From positions 81,098,001-81,162,000 of the forward strand of contig NC_087436.1 in assembly GCF_036321535.1 (NCBI RefSeq): 64,000 nucleotides of DNA, given 5' to 3'. Every line of letters begins with the position of its first letter. Position 1 is the stretch's first letter. This document shows positions 54,526 to 64,000 of this stretch, piece by piece. This stretch comes from Camelus dromedarius (lineage: Eukaryota). The notes below the pieces were generated by a model that saw only the letters and a program-made list of their open reading frames with translations, was not told the DNA's origin and did not search any database. Both the position numbers and the translations under genes were made by a program.

Positions 54526-55149
54526 GCTCTTCATATGAAGTACTGGGTTCAGATCACCATGACTTAACAGTTAATGACAAACAAGCTTGGATTCAGAGTA
54601 GGCTGTATGGATGATGAGGTGTTTGGACACTAACCTTTCTGAGTGGATTAAAAAATATATAAACAGGGGAGGAGAGACTTAGTGTTGGGATCCTAGCTGT
54701 CTTCAGAGATGTCTAGAGCCAGAGGACATTATCAGTCAGATGTTTTGGGGGCTGGAGGGCAGCAGAGATTCTCAAGTGTCAGATTTTAGTTGGCTGTGAA
54801 GCACATCTTGCAAAGGACTACAGGCCACCATTATGGAATGAACTTCCTCAAGAAGTAATAAGAGCCTTTTCACTGGAGTGATCAGCGGAAGATGAATGAC
54901 ACAGAATTGAGGTATTTTGTAGGATAATGAACTGAGTAATTTTAAAGTACTTTCCAGCTCTAAGATTATGTGATATATAGATATAAAAATCAATTTAGGG
55001 GTCAGGTTACCTCTCAAATTTCCATTAGAAAAATTCTTGGATGGACTCCAAATCTGTCAAATATGGCATCTGTTGTTGAATCACTGGGTATATTTTAAAG
55101 ACAATCAAATAAAATGTATTTTTTATTATTAAATAGAAATGGCTGAATA

Positions 55150-55945
55150 TGTTACTGAACCAAACTTGGGTCTCCTTGTTCGGGCAGTAAAACCAATCTA
55201 CTGACACTGGGTGGTGGTAAAGGAAAGGGTAGTGTTTATTGCAGGACACCAAGCAAGGAGTCCAGGTAGCTAGTAATTAAAAGACCCAAACTCCTTGCTT
55301 GGTGCCCTGCAGTAAACGCTGCACTTCCCTTCACCACCACCCAGTGTCAGTAGATTGGCTTTACTGTACATGGGCAAGCCGACCCAAGTTTGGTTTGGTA
55401 ACAATTTTGGCACCCCAGGTGGGACTGAAGTCCTGATGTGTCTTGCCCTTGACACATCAGCCCTCCCCCACCAGCTGTGGCTCTTGGATCCTGTCCAGCA
55501 GCTGCCTGAGCACCTTTGTCTCAGGGACAGTCCCAAGTGCTCACCACTGACCAGGCATTGTTGGGCCACAGCACTTTCAATTCTATGCTGAAGGAAACAA
55601 GGCTCTGGTTTTGGTCTGTCTCTGCTAATGGGCAGACATTTGGGAGTGGATGGACTCGATGTAGGAAGCTGAATCACTTTGGTATTTACAACCCCAAACT
55701 CCCTTCCTCTGCACCCTGGGCTTTTCCTCTGCAGAATAAGCCTGTTTGTTTGTTGTTGTTGTGGGGTACTGTGTTGGAGAGAGGAATAGCTGTTGGACTT
55801 CTACCCTATTTGTGAACCGATTCTTTGTTTCTTTGGATGCCAGCATTTAGTTTTGGAGGCACCATTTGTGTTTTGTTTTTCTTGTCTTTCTGGATTGCAG
55901 GGGTGTCTGTTCCAGGAAAGCCCCTTAGGGTCCTGCTTTGTCACA
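55150..55945 (-). mobile_element. Rearranged ERV1-type element: minus-strand LTR termini enclosing an inverted U5-PBS-leader segment
   Basis: TG...CA termini (tgttac at 55150, tcaca at 55945); AATAAA on minus at 55235-55240; inverted U5 copy at 55290-55403 followed by a PBS. Confidence 0.8.
55408..55425 (+). other. Retroviral primer-binding site complementary to the tRNA-Arg(CCU) 3' end
   Basis: TGGCACCCCAGGTGGGAC, 4 nt after the LTR end 'ggtaaca'; its reverse complement GTCCCACCTGGGGTG-CCA matches the recalled 3' end of mammalian tRNA-Arg-CCT. Confidence 0.85.
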
Positions 55946-56467
55946 ATATACTGTGAAATTTTCTAGTTAAGAACAAATGCTAACATAAAATGCTACCTTG
56001 CTTACTAAAATTCATCTGTCATAATGAAGAACTGTATTATAGAGTCTACTTTTAATTCAATATTTTTCTATGACTAACAGCCATTATTTTAGAAAATCTA
56101 GTGAAAACAGATTTTCACTAGACATAGAACATATGTTTCACCCAAACATGTGCTCTTCAAAAAGAAGTCTTTTGAGATATATTAAGAGTACCTCTTTTTG
56201 TTTATATCTTTAAAATTCAAATTTCTTTCTTAATACTACTGCTATAAATGCATGCAAGGAAATATTTTTTGTACGGTTTGTGGGTAAAGAGAATGCAGAA
56301 ATACAAATGATTTGTTGGTACTTTTTTATTTTCCTCAGCAGAGAAATTTGGAACCTTTCCTTATGCTTTCTGAAATAGTGTTTTATTTTGTCTATCTAAG
56401 AGGTAACTGTTACCTCTTTAACTTTTGTTTTCACTATGTGTAGACAAATATTTCCAATATGGTTCTT

Positions 56468-56660
56468 TTTTATGGAAGTATAGTTGATTTACAGTGTTGT
56501 ATTAATTTCTGTTATACAGCAAGCGATTCAGTTATGCATATATAATACAAAGAAAGGCACATATTTTATGATAACACTTGTATATGGAATCTAAAAAATG
56601 ACACAAATGGACTTATTTATGAAACAGAAATAGACTCACAGATAGAAAACAAACTTACGG
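56468..56660 (-). mobile_element. Short 5'-inverted L1 with decayed TSD
   Basis: L1 3' terminus on minus (about 56468-56543), then ORF2-end/3'UTR segment on plus; flanked by tttccaatatggttctt (56451-56467) and tttccaatagattctt (56661-56676). Confidence 0.8.
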
Positions 56661-57487
56661 TTTCCAATAGATTCTTATACTTTGATGGCTATAATAATCA
56701 TAAAATACAACTAGATTTAAATTGAGATTTTAGATTCTCAGAAAGTACTGGATAAACACATAGGTAACCACAAACGGTGATTACCTACACGTTTTTAGTT
56801 TTCATTAAAAATAGAAATAGTTGAAGATAGTTTCTACCCTTTGGAGATATCTGTAGGACATAAGCTATATTTTTTGAGAGAAAAAGAAGATTTAATGAAC
56901 ATTAGTAAAGTTGAACGATTTATTGTCTTATCCAAAAATTAGGTCACCAGTGCCTCTGGTACAAAATTGATAGTTGATTATCTTGACTGGAATGAAAAGG
57001 AAGCCAGCATGACTATTGCACCCTGAGTTCTGAGTATCTGACTTATGTCATAAATTAATAGTTAATTATATAATTTTTAGGAAAAAAGAGAAATAGACTT
57101 TCTTTTTTCCTAATCTCCACCTGCCTGTTGTTAGTAGGTGGCATAATGGCCTGAGTGAGCCGAGGAAATTGTTGTTTAGAACTCTGCCAAGTTCCAGGTC
57201 AGAGGCTTGCTGGTTTTCATTTCCCAGTTTGCCAAAGAAAACTTCCCAGGAAGGTGAACCTGAAAACTCACAGATGTATCAACCAGTATGTTGCTCAGGC
57301 CTCGTTTATTCTTCAATGTATATTACTTTGAGAAACATTATATCTATATATATGTATGATCACTTTTCAACATGTATTGTTCTATTAGACTACAGACATA
57401 AACAGTGATAGATAATATTTATTGAGTTAAAGCTCTGTCCTGTACCCAATGTATTACCAAATTAGACTTAGATGAAAAACAATCTTA

Positions 57488-57712
57488 ATAATGGCTACTA
57501 TTTCTTGATGCCTAACCATACATCAGGTATTGTGCTAAACACTTCATATGCATAATTTTATTTAAACCTATGAATAATATAGAAAGCTCTTTTTTGAATC
57601 CATTTTACTAATGAGAAAACAGAGGTACAAATATTTATAATAATTTTATCCAAGTCATATGTTTAGAATGTGGAAGTCAGAATTTAAAGCCTGTACTCTT
57701 TATTGCTTTCTC
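57488..57712 (-). mobile_element. MIR SINE
   Basis: 'caggtattgtgctaaacacttcatatgcataatt...atccattttactaatgagaaaacagagg'. Confidence 0.8.
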
Positions 57713-58053
57713 TAGTTAAAGAAATCCCAGTGAATGCATGTTTCCCTCACCTTCCTGCTCCCTTAAATCATGGTGTCTCCCTATTGGAAAGGAGCCTTAA
57801 ATCAGGAAGTCAAAGGGCACACAACTTCCTATCAACTCCACTACATGATTTCTCAGGTCATGTTTGAATTCCTCTGATGAAACGGAGCTCAAGTCACCTA
57901 GGAAAACCAATTTTATCCTTGAGTATCTATTATTATTAGACAAAATGAGTTATCTTGGGAGAATAAAAGAAAAAGTAATATTATCTTTTTATAGCATGTC
58001 ACAGTTTACAAATGCTGCATTCCTTATTTAATTTTAATCTTCAAAGCATCCTC

Positions 58054-58765
58054 TGTATTAGTTCAAGTATGTACTATATTTTTAAGTATCCCTATGTTAT
58101 AGGTAATGAAACTCACCAAAAGATTAGGTGGCTTCATGTGTTCAAGTATAGCTATTATCTGTATTCTATATGCCTGATATCTTCTAAACTATTGGGGATA
58201 GAGCAGTAAAATATGGCCCTACTCTTGACATCTTAAGGAACCATGACAATTTAGGGGCTCAGATTCCTTCAGTGACACTACTATGCTTCCTGTCTTAGTA
58301 ATGCATTGTCACCACCAGAAAAATTCAAGTAGTAGCCATTGTGATATTATGGTTTCCTGAAAGTTTTAGAGCTCTCATAAAATGATGGTGTTCTCCAAGC
58401 ATTGGTGGGAAGACTGTTCCAGGAGAACCTCACACACACACACATCCATACATATCTCTGTGTGTTTGTATACATACATACTATACACAATTACGTCTGG
58501 GATTAAACACACTTAGTTTGTAGCTTTATAATTTAAGGACACGTTTTTCCAGCTATACAAATTGGAACAGACAGAGAGGAAGATCACTCAGGACGTTTTA
58601 TAGCCAAGTTTGGAAATACATCACTTTTGCCAATCTGCTATTTATTGGTCACAACTCAGTCACATGATCTCATCTAAATACAAGAGTGAGTGGGAAATGA
58701 AATCTTGCAGTGTGCTCAGGAGGGAAATGAAATATTGTATAAATATAGCATCAGCTCGGCTTCAC
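58054..58765 (-). mobile_element. Old MLT1 (MLT1J/K-like) LTR, fragmented
   Basis: Starts 'tgtattagtt'; 'catcacttttgcc...tattggtcacaactcagtcacatg...gggaaatgaaatct...gtgtgctcagga'. Confidence 0.65.
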
Positions 58766-58779
58766 TTAAATTTAAGAAT

Positions 58780-59850
58780 TAATTATTAATATTATATTAA
58801 GTTACAGTAGAAAATTAACCTGATTATTTCCATAGATACAAAAATGTTTTAATAAAATTTAGTGTCTATTCATGATATTAAAGACGAAACAAATCTTAGC
58901 AAATTAGGAATAGAAGAGAAGAGCCTGAAAGTAATGAAGAATAGCTTATTAAAAACCTCTGTCATCACAGTTAATGACACATTGACCAGAATTAAGTTAA
59001 GAATATTTGTTATCATTACATCAGTTCACTGTTTGATTAGTGGGTCCTTGTCAGCACCCAGTAAGATAAAGGAAGATGTATAGGATCAGAGCAGAAGATA
59101 CACAACTGCCGTTATTTATAGGCAATATCCATGTCTAGAAACCCCGAAATATCTTATGATAAGGGAGTTTTGGCAAGGTTGATGTATACAAAATTAATAC
59201 ACATTTCCATAAAATAGCAGTAAAAAATCAAAAACATATTTTAAATGCCATTTTAAGATCATGAAAATATACAAGGTATATCAAAATATACTAATATAAA
59301 TATATATACTGTAGGTATACAAATATATATATACAAATACAAATTTGTATATATGCATACAGATACAAAATATACAAATTATAATCATTTTTAGAAATAC
59401 ATGAATAAACCTATATTAATGGAGAAATACAATAGCTTTATGAATTGGAAGTCTTAACCCTGTAAAGACTCTATTAATATTACAGGAGGTTTAATATTGT
59501 AGGAAGGCAATGACCTATGGATTCAACGCAGTGCCAATAAATATCCTAGCAGGATACTTCGGAAGGAGGTATTGACAAGCAGGTTCACATTTATATGGAG
59601 GTATAAACAGCCAAGAATAGATATGACATTTCTGATGAAGCAGCATGAAACAAGACTTGCCTTATCAAATGTGAAGATACAATGATTAATATATTGTAGG
59701 ATTGGTGCAAGGATATACTAATTGACCAATTGAGCAGAATTAATAACTTAAAGATAGATCCTCACATCTATGAAAAGTAATTTAATAGCACAACCGACAT
59801 AGGAAGATCAGTTGGGAAAAGACATTATGTCTCAATAAATGGTTCTGGGA
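58780..59850 (+). mobile_element. Ancient L1 (L1ME-like) ORF2 remnant
   Basis: Degenerate ORF2 motifs: 'cttagcaaattaggaatagaa', 'ctagaaaccccga', 'ttggcaaggttgatgtatacaaaattaat', 'acctatggattcaacgcagtgcca'. Confidence 0.8.
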
Positions 59851-59869
59851 TTATTGTTCAGTTTCTCTG

Positions 59870-61625
59870 AACCATTGCCAGCAGCACATAAATAGACTCT
59901 ATTATATCCTTCTCTAAAACAAAATAAAACAAAACACAAGACACCTTGGTATCTGCATTTTTCTTTAGCTACTGATTCATTTGTCTGCTCCATTTCACAT
60001 CAAAACTTCTTCTTATGATTATGATTATGATTTTGCATTTCACATTTATTGGTACAGGAAGAACTATACACTAAATGGTACTAAGAAACTAAGTTAATGA
60101 ATTTGAAATGAAGTAAAAATAAAATACAAATAAATCAAAGATTAAAGCAATAAGAATACTACAGCTAACAGCTTTATGAGTATAATCCTTCCTCCTGCTT
60201 CAGTGAAAACAAAACTAAGGATCTAAAAACAAATGGGAAAAACAAAAGAGAGTTAAGATCTTTCACATATAATTAAGAAGAAACTGATGAATTGAAATGT
60301 TTTGAAGGATTATCTGTAATAACTGTCTCCACATTCTCATCTCAGGTTCCTTCTTCAACCCACTGGAACTGGGCTTGGTTTTCTACCACTTCATGGGTCT
60401 TACCTTTATCACATTCACCAATAGCTTCTTGGCCAAAGCTATTAGTCAGTTTTCTAGTTATGCTCTCACTTGACTGCTCAGGGCGTTGGCTACAGATGAT
60501 CATTTCTCGTAGCCCTTTCTTGCCACAGCTTTCAGGATCCTGCACCAGCCCCTCCTTCTCTGGCCTCACTTCTCAGTCCTCTTTCTGGTCCCCTCTCCAT
60601 TGTAGGTCCTCTAGAGGCTGGTGTGCTCTGGAGATCTTCCCTTGATCACCTGCTTTAACCCGTCTACACTTTCTCCATAAATTATGCTAATTAATTTCTT
60701 GACTTCACATGCAATTGATAGTCTGATGACTCTTAAAACTAAGTCTCCAGTTGGATCTGTCTCTAGAACTTGAGACTCATATATCAAAATCCTGCTTCTC
60801 ATTTTGCTGTACATCTAATGGACATTTCAAATTGAATAGAGCCTAAAGTGAACTCTTGATTTTTCCCGCAATCTTGTTTCTTCTCTCCTCTACCTTCCCA
60901 TCATAGTGTCTGAGATCATCCATTGCTCCAGTACTCACACACTGCTCTAGGCATTATTCTTGTCTCCCTTCTTTCTTTAAGCCCCACATGCAGCACATTA
61001 CCAATTACTGGTTACCTCCAAGACATCATCCAAATAACATCACTGTTCTTCATCTTAATGGCCACTGGCCTTCACTGTCCTGATAGTCTGGGTTTCTTAC
61101 ATTCTTGTCCCTCTACAATCCATTTTCTAGTCATAGCCAGTGCGTTCTTTTGAAAATACAAACCAGATGTTACCATGCTCAAAATCCCTCAATGGCTTCT
61201 CACTGCACATAGAGTAAGGACTCAAACACAACCTTAGCTTATAAAGCAGGACCTGATCACGCCTGCCTTCCTCTCAGATATAACCATTCTCCCCTTCGTC
61301 TTCACTTGGAGGGACTTTTCTTAGCATCTAGAGCTCAGATAAAACATCACCTGCTCAGAAAGTTCTCTGAACAGTCATTCCAAATGAGCCACCCAAGCAC
61401 TTTCACACAAAACACCCTCTTTTAATTAACTACAACAACATTTTACATCATTTAATAATCCCCTTGTGATTTAAAATTTATGTATGGTTGGATGTATGTA
61501 TTTCTCCCTTCATTAAATTATAAGCTTCATGAGAACAGAGTCACTATCTACTTTCTATGCTGCTATATCTTCAGCACACAAAACATCATCTGACCTAGAG
61601 AAGAAATGCAATAAAAATTCATGTT
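59870..61625 (+). mobile_element. L2 long 3' portion, interrupted at about 60011-60300
   Basis: 'atctaatggacatttcaaattgaata...aactcttgattttt', 'ctcaaaatccctcaatggcttctcactgcac', 'taagcttcatgagaacagag'. Confidence 0.85.
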
Positions 61626-62414
61626 GCATTATGATTGTATTATTGTCATGATATCTGGCCTTGCTGGTTAATTGTGTTTTGTTACAGTGCTTTCTTTGTG
61701 CAGGAAATCAAAGCATGTTAAAATAACTGTCAAGAAAAACAACAATTTCTACTTAATGTATTTTAGAAGTGGAAAGATTATTATATTAATTTTCACTATT
61801 GCAAATTAACCTAGATTTTAATTGGATTACTACTTTGTCTGTGGTCAATCTGACAGAGGCATGGTGAACATGAATATTTAGAATTGAAACACTTTGCTTC
61901 TTAATCATAGAAGCCAAGTCAATACTTTTAAGATAAAGAAATCAGTGACATCTGAGCTTGGGGCATGAGCCAGGAACATGCATACTGTGAGATACTGTTT
62001 GAGAACAACTATGAAATCAATGAAACTTCTGAGATTAAAAATATCAGACTACTGAATCCAAAACTTTAGTCACTGATATTTTCCCCTGAGATTATTTTGC
62101 TAAGTGAGAAGAATTGTTTTCCAAGGAAGGGCAAAATTAAATTAAAAATATTCACAGACACACATTATCAAAGAAACTTGGATATGAGACTTTTTTTTTA
62201 AATTGCACCTAGGCTCATACTCCCTGTAGGTTCTCTGTTCCAAGTTACCTTAGTATGTCTAGAAAAATATGTATAGAGCCCAATAGCTGTATCTTTAACA
62301 CTATGAGTGAATGAACTTAAACTCAAACACAAAAAGGCTTATTTTTATATCAAAAAAGTAATATTCTTGCAATGTAGAAATTCTGGAGGAAAAAAGTATA
62401 AAGAATGCTTAAAA

Positions 62415-63745
62415 TTTCAACTATATAACATGTTAGTGTTTTTGTGAAATTTGTTTTTTCTCTGCATATTGTTTTCATTTTAAATTTAATGTGTGAGTAG
62501 ATAAAACATTCATATCATTTCAAAATCAGAACTATATTAAAGGTTTACTTGAAAAGCCTTACTTCCCATCCATCCTTGTTCTCCCCTCCACACACATACT
62601 CCCTATAGATAACTACTATTTTTAAATTAAAGTATAGTTGATTTACAATGTTAAATTAGTTTCAGGTGTACAACACTGTGATTCAATATTTTTATATATT
62701 ATATTCTGTTTAAAATTATTATAAAATGTTGACTGTATTCCCTATGCTGTATGTTATATCCTTGTAGCTTATTTATTTTATACATAGCAGTTTGTACCTC
62801 TTAATCCCCTACCCCTATTGTGCCCCTCCCAGCTTCCCTCTCCCCATTGGCGACCACTGGTTTGTTCTCCGTATCTTTAAGTCTGTTTCTGTTTTGTTAT
62901 ATTCATTAACTTGTCTTATTTTTTGGATTCCACATTTAAGTGATAACATATAGTGTTTGTCTTTCTCTGTCTGATTTATTTCATTAAGCATATTACCTTT
63001 TAGGTCTATCCATGTTGTTGCAAGTGGCAAAATTTCATTCTTTTCTATGTCTGAGTAGCTTTCCATTGTGTATGTGTGTATGTGTGTGTGTGTACATATA
63101 TATAAATACAACAACTTCTTTATCCATTCATCTGTTGATGGACACTTAGGTTGCTTCTATATCTTGGCTATTGTAAATAATGCTGCTGTTATGAACACTG
63201 AGGTACGTATATACAGATGACTGCTTTGATTAGCGTCATGTATATTTTCCCCATGCTTTTTTATGTGAATAAAAGCAAATACAAATATATGTTCTTATTA
63301 TTATTTCTTTCTTGCTTAAAATATAGCATACTTAATGCTTATTTCTAAATCAAGCTATCCCTCTTTCTCTTTATAATATATCCCACAGAGAGCTATTAAT
63401 ATATATTCTCATATATATTCTCTAATAGATGTAGTTTATTTATTTTTGTGGCTGCATAATACTCCCTTATACAGGTATATCTTCATTTACTCAGCCAATT
63501 TTTCATTAATAGACACTTGAGTTATTTTCAATCCTGTTATTACAAATAATGCTATTTGTAATGCAAGTGACCTTGCAAATAAGCCATTTCTATGTGCATG
63601 GGTGTGAGAAATAGAGTCAATGTGCCCTCTATATAAATTTTACCATTTTACCTTCCTATCACCAATGTCTGAGGGTACTATTTTCCTTACTAACAGAATA
63701 TATTGTCAAACTTACGTGATTTTGCAAAAGCATATTATCTTTATA
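62415..63745 (-). mobile_element. Old L1M 3' end hosting a younger L1
   Basis: Degenerate L1 3' UTR motifs on both sides of the younger insert ('gacacttgagttattttcaatc...acaaataatgct'). Confidence 0.65.
62620..63211 (-). mobile_element. Younger L1 3' end (ORF2 C-terminus plus 3' UTR)
   Basis: ORF 62815-63114 contains EKNEILPLATTWIDLKGNMLNEINQTEKDKHYMLSLKCGI, the L1 ORF2p C-terminus; decayed TSD tatagataactactat / tacagatgactgcttt. Confidence 0.9.
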
Positions 63746-63924
63746 GGAATAAATATCACACTGTATTTGTAATTTCAGCACAAATTTTAAGAATTATATA
63801 GAACATAATTAAATGTAGGTCAAAGAAGTAGAGGAATGCCAAGAAAAATAGGTGTCCTGTAAGCCAAAGGAGTTTTTAAAAAAGTTCAGAATGTCAAAAG
63901 CAACTGTGTGATTAAGTCCTACGT

Positions 63925-64000
63925 TGCTTTTTTCTTGCTAATGACTTTTTTTCTCTAGGTTAATTTTTTTCTTCAATTTTAGGTTTAAATATTTGGAAAG
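63925..64000 (+). other. Candidate 3' splice site and start of an exon that runs off the window
   Basis: Long polypyrimidine tracts, branch-like CTAAT (63938) and TTAAT (63960), AG acceptors at 63957-63958 and 63981-63982; two of three frames stay open after 63983 (FKYLE / LNIWK). Confidence 0.35.

Noticed and set aside
55270..55846. Overlapping ORFs as ERV gag or accessory genes
   Set aside because: They lie in U5/leader sequence and show no Gag, Pol or Env motifs
55145..55950. TSD around the rearranged ERV
   Set aside because: The flanks read aata and atat; they match only if a 1-nt loss is assumed, so this was not used as evidence
114..63114. Short ORFs of the six-frame track as host genes
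   Set aside because: They are 60-145 aa, many with non-ATG starts, often inside repeats, and show no recognisable domain apart from L1 ORF2 remnants

Overview
This is AT-rich mammalian genomic DNA, most likely from a camelid, judging by a Vic-1-type tRNA-Ala-derived SINE. I can support no intact host protein-coding gene, rRNA, true tRNA or CRISPR array. The short ORFs in the track are chance ORFs or L1 ORF2 remnants. The window is mostly interspersed repeats: ancient L2 and MIR, hAT-Charlie MERs, MaLR/ERVL/ERV1 LTRs, and old and young L1 3' ends. Between them lie unique stretches, some resembling conserved enhancers. L1 and LTR copies are mostly on the minus strand and a strong + strand 3' splice site lies at the right edge, so the window may be one large intron of a + strand gene. 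The most unusual structures are (1) a collapsed ERV whose two U5 ends form a ~112-bp inverted repeat beside an intact tRNA-Arg primer-binding site, (2) a twin-primed L1 with an extra 27-nt templated inverted copy at its junction, (3) a diverged ~122-bp direct duplication of unique sequence, and (4) an orphan poly(A)-signal-bearing insert inside an L2. I found no convincing new biological system. Repeat family names come from recalled consensus sequences, not a database search, and the boundaries of old repeats are approximate.
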